From contig CAJFCJ010000045.1 of assembly GCA_904063045.1 (NCBI GenBank), forward strand, positions 32,906 through 96,905: 64,000 bases of DNA. Direction: 5' to 3'. The translations under genes were made by a program, and so were the position numbers. This DNA comes from Dimorphilus gyrociliatus. Lineage: Eukaryota > Animalia > Annelida. The notes beneath the pieces are model-generated. The model ran no database searches. It was not told the DNA's origin and worked only from the letters and a program-made list of their open reading frames with translations. Shown piece by piece: positions 24,778-39,200 of the stretch (position 1 is its first letter; every line of letters starts with the position of its first letter).

Positions 24778-25737
24778 TTACAAAATGGCTGTGGTGGCCT
24801 CTTTTAGTTGAACCACTGATTCAATGAAATGGAGTTAATGTTGATATTGTTTAAAAAAAAAAATTGTCCCTTACCGCACTGTTTAATAAAGTGATTATAA
24901 TTCAAATCGTTTATATAACTTGAACTAGTAGAATCTTTATCTCTAAAGTAACATTCCGTCTTTATCGGATGATAATCAAAACTTCTGAAATTTTCATTTA
25001 CCAAAATTATTTTAGACTTGAAAGCAACAGTTTTGTTGAAATATTGAAAAATTTCACTAAATTTTCACTAACTTGCATTCAGTTAAAATTGAACACATCC
25101 ATTCGCATTCCGTAATATCAGAAGTAGTTAAATACGCAATTGGTTCAATACTTACTTGCCATCCAATCACTTTAGTATAATTGCAACCTATGATATTTAA
25201 TAAAACAACAATACTCTGTCTTACCTTTAGCTGAATGAGAAATGAACTTTTTTTCACTTACCATAGTTTAGGATAGTCTTGGCTGATAAAATATAACATA
25301 GATTAACTAATCAAAGTCAATAGGCCTGATTGATTAACTTGTTTCTCTACTTACGACAAATTGAAATTTTTTCGTAATAGTCGATTGAAGGAAATGTAAT
25401 TAAACTCTTGTCAATTCTTGTAAAATTTTTAAAATAGCACTGATTATCATTTGTATAAACAGCGACGAATGACCTAAATCGGTTAAAGGGATAAAAGTCA
25501 AAACACATGAGACTTTTTAAGTATTCTCGCCATTTACTTGCAATCCTTTAGGTTATTGCAGATAAGTTTACATTTTTCAACATTTACCCCGTGAAATCTT
25601 CCTATATTGCTGGTCTCTATTGCCTGATCTTGTACTTTGTCGTAATTACACGCTAGACAAATGTTGGCAATTTTTATTAATAGAATTAATAATAATAACA
25701 AAATGAAAAGAAATAGTTTTACGAGAACTGATTCCAT
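24778..25737 (-). CDS. Small secreted or N-anchored protein with two PAN/apple-like domains, multi-exon
   Basis: Hydrophobic N-terminus. Spliced reading CNY...VEKCKLICNNLKDCK|SFVAVYTNDNQCYFK...YYEKISIC and CNY...TECEWMCSILTECK|SFDYHPIKTECYFR...NHFIKQC, each with the PAN pattern C-x3-C-x5-C-x-S-F...C. Last exon VVQLKEATTAIL*. Confidence 0.75.
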
Positions 25738-26340
25738 TTAAAAATATTACGAATTCAAGTAGAAAAGTGAATTTCAACTGTTGAATTCTCGACATTACGC
25801 ACACTACCAAACACTCTTTCTCTTTCTCTCGCTCTTAGTGGCTTGGTGGCAAGCTATACCGATGGTGAACTGACGGAAAATATTGAAAAATGAAAGAAAT
25901 GTATAACATACCGTAGCATCAAGGCCTAAGAAGACTAGTTAATGGATAATTTTAATGAAATATGGATTAGATCCAACTTAATAAAATGTTGAACTTTTGG
26001 TATATTCTATTCATTCATAAACGCTTTCTATTAGTTCAATAAATATCATAAATAATTTAGTTTATTATCAAATATTTCATGTTCAATTCTTCTTAAATAA
26101 TTAATTTAACTTTCATATTTATTCAATGTTTATTATGCTTTTATTATAATGAAAAATAAATACATTTTTCTATATTCTTCTGATCTTCATCTCTATAATT
26201 CTGTGTCTTCTATTACTTTCAAACCCATTAACGCAACACCCAAGTAGTCGATCATTTAAGTATATATACTGTATATATTTAAATAATGATCAGGTAAGGT
26301 CTCATCATCAACGTCGTCGGAAAACTCGATTATAAACTTG

Positions 26341-26358
26341 TAGGGTTAGGGTTAGGGT
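26341..26358 (+). repeat. Interstitial (TTAGGG)n
   Basis: tagggttagggttagggt. Confidence 0.8.
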
Positions 26359-26687
26359 AAAAAAAGGTTTTTGGGGATTTGTGTAAATTTTTAACAAAGC
26401 AATTCTATCTTTGTATAATATTCATTATATTCAAGCAAATTAATCAGATTTTCTCCCTTTTCGTCTTCAAGATTAAGTGAAACGTTTTTCTTGTTATGAA
26501 CAGTTAATAAACTATGGACATTATATTTTCTTGATTAGAATTCATTTCGATAACCTGCATTAAAATTACCTATTTAAATATTGAATTAACGTTAATTAAG
26601 TGATACTTTATTTACATTTGAAAAGTTTACATTGATTAACCATTGCTAAAATAATGACACTTATTTTAACCGGCTGTCATCTATACA

Positions 26688-26770
26688 ACCAGGATGGCCG
26701 AGTGGTTAAGGCGTTGGACTTAAGATCCAATGGACGAATGTCCGCGTGGGTTCGAACCCCACTTCTGGTA
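26688..26770 (+). tRNA. tRNA-Leu(TAA): tRNA-Leu, anticodon TAA, with long variable arm; Pol III terminator (T-run) immediately downstream
   Basis: ACCAGGA...TTCTGGTA acceptor stem (one G-U), A box TGGCCGAGTGG, anticodon arm TTGGA-CTTAAGA-TCCAA, B box GGTTCGAACCC, followed by 10 T. Confidence 0.97.
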
Positions 26771-27513
26771 AATTTTTTTTTTCTCTCTCTCTTTATTTTT
26801 TTCTACGTTTTTTTTTCTTTAAATTTTCTACGAAATAAGCCTACAAACTAGACGCAGGTCACGTGATTTTAATTGTTATTATTTTTTGTATAAAAATATT
26901 CAATTTCAACATTTTCTTTTATTTAATCATAGCGATTGCTGAGCATGCAAAAATAAGAAAAAAACCATAATAACGAGCATTCAGAGCAATCGATGTATTC
27001 GATAAGATAATCTATTTTGTAATAAGGTCGGCAAACAGGAAAGGAGATGTTGAAAAAAACATTCATAGAATCGAATATCAAGGATGTTTACCGTAATTGT
27101 TTTGGTAACTTTAATGCGAATGAAAGAAATCCATCGTCTATTCTCCATCCAATAGAATAGATAAGAAACTTTGCAAATTGAATAGATTTGATTTATTTAC
27201 ATAATTTCAAACACACACACACACACACACACACTCTCTCTCTTTCTCATCTATATTAATAATAGGTCAATTCTTCAAGCAACAAATAAACTATTACAGT
27301 TTTGCGGGACGACACTCTACGTAGAATAGAATTCGACAACACTGTAGTTGACAAAATTATTAGTAAAAGGATTAGATTAGAGAGGAAGCACTGAAGAGGT
27401 TATATTATACTGTATAGAGAGAGATACGTAATGTATCTAATGGGATGATGATGATAAAAATAGTCAAGCTGAACAATTGTTCAATTTCATCAGAGCAATA
27501 TCAATTGATTTTT

Positions 27514-28747
27514 TCAAACATTCGTCTCGCCAGCTTCTCTTCTCACAAATTGAAAACTTCGAACTCTTCCATAATTGGACGAACCGCAAGTGTCTTTCTT
27601 ATACAGAGAGGCGATCTTCCTCAAAATTATAAATAATAACAACAGAGCCGCGGGTATTTCAATGCAGCATTCTATGATGAGAGCCATCGTTAAGAAGTCA
27701 TAGAGAGTTGCTGGGGAACTGCACTGGTCAAAATTTTCAACTTTTCCACCGTGAATTGACTTGTAATAAACTATTAACAAAACAATATAGATTTTCGATA
27801 CAACGGAAAAGATAAGATATTTTATCCATTGTTTAGTTTTAACAAACCAAAATAGATTTAATACATTTGGAATTTTGAACGCTATGCAGAAAATCTGCAA
27901 TAAGATATTTAAATAGGCGTAGATGTTGTAATCGCCAAATGGCAAAAAATCCATTCCATATCTATTGTAAGGCGTATCGACGCAAACCGGCAATGTTGAA
28001 TTAACTGTTGAATTCTTATCAACTTGAATAAGTTGATTGGTGCCGTTCTGTAGATTATAACTAAGAATTTGGGCAAAGTTTTTAGGACAAATTTCAACAT
28101 GAATTAAAAAATAAGAGACAATTGACAAAAATAGACCAACAACCGTCATTGGTTTGCATTTCGTTGAATCGTTAAAGACGGTTGAATAGTAAACTTTTAA
28201 AAATATGATAAAAATAACAATGGAGTCGGTGAAGAAGAGAGGAAGAGTAAAATTCAGGTAATTGTACTTGTAGCACAAGTCAAAACCAAAGTTTGGAGGA
28301 TAGAATAGAAACGTATAATGCGCAATTAGATATGTTCTATAGGATGAATAGATAATAGTTGCTATAATTTGCTTTACGTTTAGCGAAGATGGCTTTAAAT
28401 GGAGGAAAAATATAGGAGCCAGTGTTGATAATATGTTGTAGACGCTTAACCCGTTTATCCTGCCAACAAATCATTAAATCAGTAAATTAAAACCGATCGT
28501 TTAATGATATTTCTTTTTACTCTGAATTGTAGGCGGTTTCAATGCAAATTTCGTCCGTTTCGTTCCATTCTCTTGACTTGTTTAGAATTGAAAAATCTAA
28601 CGCTGACCGAAAATTGTATATTGTACGATAATCTCTTGTCAAAAAATCATAATGCAGCGGTATAGTGAATAAAACTGGTAAGACGAGAGAGCCAATTTCG
28701 TAATACTTGAACCGTTTACTATTATTAGAATCATCTTTCTTGCACAT
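27514..28747 (-). CDS. Multipass membrane protein of unrecognised family, 2 exons (approx. 28747-28520 and approx. 28460-27514)
   Basis: Several hydrophobic helices, N-glycosylation sequons and Cys in loops. The frame extends upstream of the listed ORF (GINGLSVYNILSTLAPIFFLHL...) to an acceptor ttgttggcag. Ends ETNV. Confidence 0.6.
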
Positions 28748-29782
28748 TGCTCCTTATAAATCCCGCAATATTCGCAATTCTCTATGTTTTACGACTTTAC
28801 AAACTATTTATATTATCATATAGAAGCAGACGAAAATTTTTTTTTTTTACAAACAGCTACAAACCTATCCCAACATCCTCTAGAAGATTGCGGACACCGT
28901 ATAAGCATTGCTTCGGAATTTTTTTTAGTTTTAACTTACTATTTAGTCACGTGATTATTATTTTTTGAATGAATAGTTTTTATTAGTTATTTGTTCAATA
29001 TGGACGGTGTCGTTGGAGTAATTTATGTGTTGCGCCAAGACTTCTGGGTTGGTGTGTGTTTGTGTGTAAATAATTAGCTTAACCTAATTATTCTATAGAA
29101 GCACAAAATCTTGTTCTTACGATTTATCTGTTGAATGAATGAATGAAAGATTAATTCAATCAATAATCTTTTCAATTGTATTTAATTAATTGAGATTGAA
29201 TAAATTTTGAAATAAGTTGAAAATCTTTATTTTTACTTTTGTCGTTGAAATTTGGAATTAAACTTTGAATATCAACTTTTATTCCAATTCTTAAAGTTTC
29301 TTGAAAATTTTCAACAATTTTCTGTTAAAACACAAAAAAAAAAAAGAGAAAACAATACAGAAATAGACAGAATGTTTGAAAAACTTTACGTATTGAATGA
29401 AAATTCCTTTATGAAAATGCTGGAAAGAAATATGAAGAAGATGAAAATATTTTAGTATTTGAAATGATATCTTTAAAGCTTTCAATAAATTTATTAGACT
29501 ATTAATTTCGTATGGAAACGTTTCGAATTTCAATGGAAGCTTCCTCCTTTTATTTGTTATAAATAATATACTATTAACGTATTCATTCGTCAGGTATAAC
29601 ACTGAAAATATGGAAAATAGATAATAGAAAATGGCGGACTAGGAAGAGTAGTAGGAAATTATAAATACAGTTTTTAGTGTAGTTGTCAACAATCATATCT
29701 TTTTTTATCTTTCTGTTTGTTTGTTTGTTTTGTATAAATAAACCATTTTTTTGTTGTTTGTTAAATAAATACATTCGAAAAC

Positions 29783-32700
29783 CTACTTTTCAATATGAGA
29801 CTTTCTTTTAAACCCGTTTATAAAATAGTAGGTCAAGTGAACAATAGGATTTGTAACCGGATTTAAAGGGAGGATAAAGACGAATACGTAGATGTAGGTA
29901 TCGTGAGTGATAATACTCTTACCAATGCTGGCAATTATACCTAAAACAAACAATTAGTTGAAGAGAAACAAACGCCAAAAATGTTGATAATTGCTTACCT
30001 AAAAATGACAAAGGTAGCCAAGTGATTGTATTTGATAAGATGATAATAAACGAAGCTGATGAGAGCATTTTCTTTAATCTGGTACTTTGTTCTTTTTTTG
30101 AAAGTACTAAACTCGCCTTTTTATAGATTGTAGAGAATATTTTCGCGTATAACGCTATTATTGTCGATGATACAATCAATGAAAATATAGAAAATATAAT
30201 AAACGAATACATCCAACCAGTCTTTTTGTCGTTTGTTAAGTGTAAAGAAAAACATAATGAATACCTTGAATGATAATTCTAAAATGGATGACAAACAACA
30301 AGTTAGTTTTATTAGAAACAAAACAACAAAACTATAAACTTCTGGTTTTTGTTTTTACCTGGAAAATGAACAAAGGTAAAATGGATACAGCCACCGATAG
30401 GAGGGTTGCAACCAGCGTAAAGAATATTGATTTTGATAAAGAGAGCATCTGAAATCTTAATCCGGAAGTGATGATTATAAACTTTTCAAACGTTACAAGT
30501 AGAAGGAAATTTTGTGATAGAAAACACGAAAAGGAGGCTAAAATTCCAGAAATTTTACAAGCAAGGCTATTTCTCCATTGCTCGTCGTAATCTATAAAAT
30601 TCTTTGAATATTTTATATCGTGAATTGCTATCATAAGAAAATAGACAGATAACAGTAAATCGGCAATTGTTAACATTATAGAAAAGATTTTCGAAGGTCT
30701 ATTAACATCTCTTAATTTCACTACAAGACAAACGATATTCGCCAAAAGAGACACTACGGTACAACTGTAGAAAATATCTTTGAAAAGAAAAAAGATTGGC
30801 AGAATGAATGAATGAATGAATGAACGAGAGAGAGAGAGAGAGAGAAAGAAAATTTTCTGTCCTTGGTCATTTAAAAGTGGCCAAGCGGATTTAGCCTCTT
30901 CTACAAAAATAAACCAGGACGTTCTATTCGATATTTAACCTACATTTAAACAATTTGAAATTAATCAACTCTCCACAAGAGTTTGTGTCACTCTTTCTAG
31001 GAAGACACTCCTCCAAATGGTCGCTTTCAATATAGCAACAAAATTTATATTTATCCGAGTATAGTCTTTGAATTGATTTTAAATTTTTGAAAGTATTTCG
31101 AGAAAATTCCTTTTGTAAATATGTTAAATTTTTCATATTCAATTCATTTAAATTTTCCAAATGTTTGAACAAATCTCTATTATCGTCGTTAACAGAAATT
31201 ATTGAATTTGATAAATCGAGTTGAACGAGGTGTTTCAAATTTAAAAATGCATCGTTTCCAATCTCCACCATATTCGTATAACTTAATGAAATTGTCAACA
31301 AGGAAGGCGGAAGTAAAATATTGCGTTCATTATTTAAATTCAACAGTTGATTCTTGACCAGAATTAATCTTTGTAATTTTTTCAACAGTTGAAAATCTCT
31401 ATTCAACAATTTTATTAAATTGTTTTCAGTTAAATTCAAAATGATTAAATTATTCATATTTTTTATTATATTCAAATTAATTAGGCCTCCGTTGAATATT
31501 TCAAGTTTATTTATATCTATTAATCTTTTCACTTTGAAATTTGAAATTAAATTATTTACTGGAAAATTTGAAAGTTGAATAATTCTCCAATAATTTTGAA
31601 TTTTGTCGTCTTTGAATAAAACGTCAGCCGAACCATTTGTACAAGAAATCCTAATGAAATTTTGACATTCGCACCCGCTTTTACAGGTAAACTGTTCACA
31701 AGTAATCCAGTCTAGATTGTCGAGCATTGGACAAAGTGGAAAGAAAAATCTTCCGAAATCAGATTTAAGGCATAGGTTAGACATCGGCATGAATAATCCC
31801 GACTTTCGACACTTGAACAGATTTTCTGATATTTTAAATATCTCTACAAGTAATACAAACAAACGTATTCTTTTTACAAACAATTCAAATCGATTGAAAA
31901 TTAGTTGTAGATACTATTTGAGCAGCCCTCCTCGTCGTCTCCGAGAAGGCAGTGACTGATACCGTCGCATATCTTATCACTTTCGATACAATATCGATAA
32001 TGTTTACAAAGGTATTCACCCATTTTACAAGTCTTTAATTTACATTCCATCAACTGCGAAAACGGAATAATAGTTATCGTCCATAAAAAATTGCGAACAT
32101 ATTGGAGTCGGCAACTGCGCTTCATCTCTATAGAATAAGTGAAGAAGGTAAAAAGTTGATTAATTAATTGATTGATTGATTTAAATGGGTGAAAGGCTTT
32201 TTTCTTTACTTTTCATTTTGAATAGAAGTTTCTCCAAAGTATCTAGAAATCAGCACAAATTGATTGATTGATTAATTGATTATTATCGTTAATAAAATAA
32301 ACAATACAGTAAACTTTGATGTGAAGTATTCTATGATTTGTTTTCAGCTTGGCAATATGTTTTATTGAATGGTGAGATTTGGAACTATCTGTTGTATAGT
32401 CAATTGACTCATTTTTCCAACCTATCGTTTTGTCAATATCAGCCTCTACTACTTTTATGTCGTTTCTTATTGCATATTTATAGGTAAATTGTTTGAAATA
32501 TTCCTTTTCATTAACCTTCTTCATATCTGATGACAAGTTTGTTTTAATGGATCTTTTGAGGTATACACTTTACCATACGTGCATACAAACAATCAAACAA
32601 ACGGGCGATTACTTACCAAAGCAATAATCGACGTCACTTTTATCTATGCACGCCGACAATTGCCTGCAGTCTAATTTCTTGTAAGAGCACTGACCACTTA

Positions 32701-35565
32701 GACAAGTCCTTGTAGAAAGTTATCAAAGCGGTAGATATGAATTAGAGATTAAAAACTGTTAGTTAAAAAAAATTTCAAACCATTCGTTGCAAATTTCCCT
32801 TTCTAATTGAAAAAAAAAAACAAAAAGAAACAAGAAAATCATAAAAAAAATTGACAACTCTACTCTATCTGGTTCTTACCGCAATCTTCCTCGTCACTTT
32901 TATCATTGCAATCATTAACGAAATCGCAGACAAGATGTAAACCAATAGATTGACTTTTGTCCGCGCATTGAAAACTGTCCTCATCAAATGTTAAACAATT
33001 CAACTCGTCCGTATTATCAAAACAGTCTGGAAATCCGTCGCAGATAAACTTTATACTTATAGAATATCCATCATTGATACATTTAAATAAATTCACTTTC
33101 TCAGACTGATAAAAGCCGTTCCCGCTGTTGAGAATTTCAAACACCCTTGGTTGATTGATTGGAGAATGGTAATCTATAATAAAAATGGTATTAGAGGAAG
33201 AGAGAGAGAGAGACAGAGAGAGACAGAGAGACAGAGACAGAGAGAGGTTATCCGTCTCATTCATTCCCAACTTACATTTCGTTGTAATTTTCCTTTCGCA
33301 AACGATATATTGGAAAAGGCTACTATTGCAGGAAAAGAAAGCGTTATATTCGTAATTGTTGTATTTTCTCAAATAGCCACATTCGTAAAAAAATGCAGGA
33401 TCTCTGGGAATTCTGTAGGAATAGAATGATAATTCATTCAGTAAATTTTAACTCATCAAACAGAGACAAACAAACATTTGTACATTAATTTTGTCGTAGT
33501 GTAATGTCCACATTCCAACTATATTCATAGGTACATTATCATTATTGAGAAACGTACCGACAGTCGAATTATAAGCAAATCCTGTTGTCAATTTGCCAAC
33601 AAAACAGGCGACTGCTGTTAATTGATAGAAAAAAAAGAAAAGACACTCTACATACCTATCGGGATGGCTATCTTCCTCTGCGAAAGATTAAATTGAAAAT
33701 ATAAACTATCCGACGAGTTGTACTCGTAGGAATTAATCATGAAATTAGTGAATTTAGCCTCCTCTTGATGGGATATTCCAACTAATGTATTGTTGCACAA
33801 CCTTTTACCATTCCTGTACGATATCATCTTATCAACTTTACAAAGATAATAGCAACTTTTCAAATAGATAAACTTTGTTTGACATCCACTGATATTATCT
33901 GGACAATCTTTGAAAAATCAACAAAATTATCAACTTACTTAACCGTATTGTTTGAATAATTTTCAATTCAACCTAAAAATTGTTTAGTACATTCAATTGA
34001 AATGTCGGATATGTAAAATTTCATAAGCCAATCTTCCATAAAATGGTTAACTTTACATTTTTCAAGATGATTTGCCAGCTGACAATCAATTACTGCGAAT
34101 GCGTGAGTACCGTTTTGACGCTCTTCGAATGGCATTATTTTACCACTTCGAAAGTGAAAATATTGACAGGCTATTTGTACTTGATGATAATCAAACCCTA
34201 TATTTGAAAATGGATACCAAACATTCTCCCAATTAAACTCTAATCTTCCGACAAAATGTTGATATTGATTCAATTGATTTCTAATTAAAATCCCGTCATC
34301 TCCTCTTAATCTTAGATCAACGTCTATCAATGATAATCATAGTGGAAAATAGCGTTATTAAACATCTTTTCAACATTTGTTGTTGTTGTTGTTGCTTACT
34401 GTTTAACGATTCTAAACGACTTTGCGGCTTTTTTATACATTGTATTCCCAATGTTTGATGATCGTAATAGCTGTACTCGGCATTAACTCGTCTACAATCT
34501 TTTAACGCTTTTACTCCGTTCAAACATCTGAATATCAACTTTCTTTCTAAATAATCTAAATTCCAAAATTTATAACTTTCAAACAGTTGTTGATCAATTT
34601 CGTATCGTTTCAACATGTCGGAATTGACAACTTTACAAAGAATTGCATGAGTTGTCACTTTCTCTTCGTACGAATGAAATTCGAATAGAACTGGAAGAAA
34701 TTTCATATTTCTAAATATTCCAGGAACGAGAAAATCAATTGTTGGTTTGTAAAGAAATGGTAATGATTTTATATTGACGAATGTCAATCCTAGACTTGAA
34801 TTTATTCTAAATTCATTATTTTCCCCAAAACATACCGACTGCGAACAAATTGGAAGCGTTTCGTAACTTTCCTCGTAATCCATTGCTCTTTCGTTTCTTC
34901 CGCGAATCGTAACGATATTTCCGCAACTATGCAAAGGTTTATCTAATAGGCAAGGAGTGGTATTTCGGCGAAATTTTCTCAAATAAACAACATTCTTATT
35001 ATTGACAAACTCGTCAGAGTAACAGACGTAATCTTTGAGAGTAAAAAAGATATAAAAAGACAGATGGATAGACGGATAATAATTTACATGGATTCTTTGA
35101 ATAGTAGCATATAAGCTCCATCTGAAAATGTTGATATAATTTGTAGAATGAGCAAGCTCTTTTGCCACAATACATGGCTCGAGAGATTCTGCCTTTAAAG
35201 TCATATTCGATTGACCCTGAATCCGTTCTAACATCGTCAAACAGACCATCGTCACCCTTTAATTTCGAACATAGAAATCCAGCATGCCTAACACTTAATG
35301 GTATAGCAACGAACGATGCGTATTCGTTAGATTTGATAATAACTTGACCTCTACAAAATATTTTAGTACAAAACGGTTCGTCGAAGAAGAAAGGTTGAAT
35401 TGCTGAATATTTTAATTTCTAGAATAGTTTCATTCAAACATTTTCAATTAATAACATTAACGATTTAAAAATTATATTTACAATAACTGGTAATACTATT
35501 AACGACCAATTAAAATTTACCGAAAAATAATAAAAGGTAAACAATTGAAAGATGAAATTTTTCAT
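29783..35565 (-). CDS. Multi-exon GRL101/RXFP-like receptor B: signal peptide, SRCR module(s), LDLa repeats, LRRs, 7TM
   Basis: Start MKNFIFQLFTFYYFS at 35565. Clear SRCR LRLRG...GRLEFNWENVW...QIACQYFHF...C...C...ISIEC. LDLa CDGFPDCFDNTDELNC, CDFVNDCNDKSDEEDC, CDGISHCLLGDDEEGC. LRRs, YKFCCY, TM2 LTIADLLLSVYFL, TM3 VTFEKF, TM7 LPLNPVTNPIVH; stop 29785-29783. Confidence 0.85.
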
Positions 35566-36241
35566 GGCGCTGTTCGTCTCTCTCTCTCTCTCTCTCTCTC
35601 TCTCGAAATATTAATATATACATAAAACAACTCATATTTGAAATTCAAGTGTTTTATTCAAATTTCACTTGGTTTTGCTTTATTTATTAAAGAAATATCT
35701 ATCTAATAATTTTTTTATGATGTCTTTGCAGTAATTTTCTTAATAGTAAAGCTAATTCTTTGATGTTTTTCGCCTTTTCAATTAAACTCTTTGAATAGCC
35801 GTATCTGGCCGTATTGGAGCTTCTCTGTAGAGGGTTAATATAATCTTCATTAATTCAATATCTACAAAGAAACAATACTTACGATATTTAGAAAGGAAAT
35901 GTCTATCTCATTTACAATATAAATATTCAATTTATGCATTCTTGAAAGAAAGATAATCATCTCTCTACAGAAATTATGAATATCTTTAATATTCAAACTG
36001 CAATCTAGCGGATAGTCTCCTCTAAACACCTCCTTCAATAGAAATAGTTCTTGGGCGGCTAGAGAGCAAAAATATCGATTAACACTTTAAATATTCTCAA
36101 CAAATATTCTTTACGAAATGAAAATGTTTACATGGAAAAAGTACTTTATTGAATAAAATTTCCAGTTTTTTCAACCTGTTTGTTTGTTTGTTTTGAATGA
36201 AATCTATATATATATATATACAGTATATATAAAGTTCATAC

Positions 36242-39200
36242 TCACTTTTGCTCTTTCTGATAATTCCTTGTTATACTACAAAAGTAATAAATTCGACTTT
36301 GATAATAGATTGATAATATCCAAAAATTGAACGGTATCAACATCATATATTTATGAGAAATGATATTCGAATAACCAAATACCAGTGATGAGAAAGACGT
36401 CCAAAATATTACTGATATTATATTTCTTAGCATATTTGAATAGATAACGAAATAGTTTTTTTTTCCAAATTTTGAACGTTTTGAATAGATAAAAATATTA
36501 AGGAAAAGCGTCAAAATTGTGAAAGCAACATTGAAATAGCCGACGAGAAATGATATTAATCTACTGGACTTGACGCCGCCCAACGGATGACAAATGGCAT
36601 TTTCAATATGAACAGTCTAACATTGAAATCTCTATTGGTAAAGCGGACGAGAAGAGGTCTATAGAAGAGAACGCCTACCTTGTTTAAAGTATAAAATAGT
36701 AGAAGGATAGCTGAAATGGTCAAAGGTAAAATATTGTAGTCTAACAAAAATTTTAGGCATTTTGTAGCGCCAATTTTTGAATTGGTTGTTATTGAATTTT
36801 GTATCAAGTAATTGAAAAGTATTTGAAATTGATTGAATAGCGTAAAGTATATAAGAAAGAATAGAAATTTATTGAATAAATCGCAACATAAGCTGCTCGA
36901 CCAGGAAACTATAAAAGTATAAAAAAAGTTACGAGTCGTGAAATTGATAGCCAATAGGACTACGATGTAAATAACAAAAATTACGTCAAAACAATAGTTT
37001 AATGCCGATGAAAATGATACACGCTCCTTAAGGATTCTGGTAATCAAATATTCAATTATCATCAATACCGCTAGACTAAGAATTGTAAATATTAAAGATA
37101 GTATTATTGGTAAAGAGGTCAACATTGGAGAACACTTATGCAACATTCTCTTATGCCATTTACATTGAAAAATCTCTTTTATCGCCCGAATAAAACAACA
37201 ATAAAGGTAATAATCAACTTCCAAATATTCCAAATCAGTTAATTTCTCTACATTCAAAGATTGAAAATCGATGAAAATATCAAAAGTTTCTTTCAAATTC
37301 AAATATTTCAATTCAACTAATCTAATAAACAATTTCGAAGTAGTCGACGATAGATGATTATTTCTCAAATTCAAATATTCTAGGCCTATCAAATCATTGA
37401 ATAATAAACTATCAATACTTTTCAAGTTGTTGAATGATAAATTTAAATGTTTCAAATAGTTCATATTTTTGAAAATGTTCTTATGGAACGATTCAACAAA
37501 ACTGTTACTTATTGAAAATGTTTGTAAATATTTTGGTAATGGTAAATAGATAGATTCCAGTTTTTCAGTTGCGTTATAGCTATTGGTAGAATTTGAAAAT
37601 ATATAGTCCAACCATAAAATTCTTAGGTTAATCACATTTTTAATGAATGAAAATGTGCTCGAATTGTAATAATATCCATAATGGATTCCTAATACAGTTG
37701 TTTTGAAATTTTTAATATCAAATATCGACTTATTTTCCATTATGTAATGTCCATTACGTATCGTTACACTCTTCAAAGATGCAATTAATCGCCATACTCT
37801 TCCAACTGCAACGTTATTGCAGACGACTCTTAAATAATTTGAACATGTACAATTTAATGGACAAATCAAGCGTTCGCAATCGAATTCGTCAACTCCATTG
37901 GGGCAATTGTAAGTTTGTTGACAAACTTCCGACAACGAAAGAAATATTGCCTTTAAAGGATCGCACATAAAATAGCCTCTAGGTCTAAATTTTGCTGCAA
38001 AGTCAATAAAGAAACTTTCAGTCGTTTATGAATTTTGAAATGATTTACTAAACAAACAGCAATTAAACTCGTCGTCGAAATGAGAACAATGCGCAATTTG
38101 ATCGCAAACGTTTCTTATATCAATACATTCGTTTGTCATATAGCATTGGTATTGTCCATATTCGCACTGTTGTTCGCATATCAAACTATTAGTTTTCCCA
38201 CTTTCACTAGGAATTAACACGCCTATACTATTGTATTTAAAAGAGCATTGTCCTCTGCAAAGGAGACAAGATTATTGTAAATTGGTGGACAGCTATTAGC
38301 CGAATCTCTCCTCACTTGAAGTTTATATAAACAGCCTTCGATTTACAAGGTTTTACCCAATGCATTCCCAGGCCAATTGAACAATCATTTTCATCGCAAA
38401 TCCTCTGAAGGGACTCTTGAACTGAAAAAAAACAATATTCAATTGTCTGGACGACTTTTCATTTACATCGTTTCACCAACTTTCACACCATTCATCGCTA
38501 TAATCTAAACAATCACGTTTTTTATTATGAACCAATGACGCACTTATACACTGACCATTTGAGCATGTTCTAAAAAAGAATCAAGTCTATTTGTATTCCA
38601 TTGTCGAATTAATAAAAAATATTTGAAGAATTTTTACAATTTTGGACATTTCATAAACGCTGAGGGAATTGAAGATGTAATTAGTCCATCCTTTCTACTA
38701 CTTTCTCTACTTACAACAGTATCTTTCGTCCGATCTATCAGCGCAGTCCGGTATATAATCACAAACGAGGTTTGCACTGATCTTTTCTTCTTCTCCTCCC
38801 TTTCCTCCTTCTTTTGAACGATAGCATTGGAAATACGAGATACGACTACAATTCTCTTCATCAGATTTATCTAGACAATCGAATCTACCATTACAAACAT
38901 ATCTCCTATGTATACAAATCATTTCGCTTTGACACAGGAACGAGTTGATTGCGCAAGTAATTTCTTTAGTATTACTTGCCACCCTTTTGCTTAAATTTAA
39001 AATCGTATAGTCTAAATTGTTATATAAATAAACAATATTTATTTATTTATTGATATAAAAGATATCAATATCTTATCAATACTTACTTGTCTTGACCTTT
39101 TCGCATAGTGTAAAAGCCAACTTTGTATTTAATGAACAAGGGATTATTGAAGTTTGTGTAGCTTCTGATCTCCGATAATAAGACATTTTCAAGTATAAGC

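Noticed and set aside
26654-26851. 65-aa ORF
   Set aside because: It overlaps the tRNA-Leu gene and its T-rich terminator.
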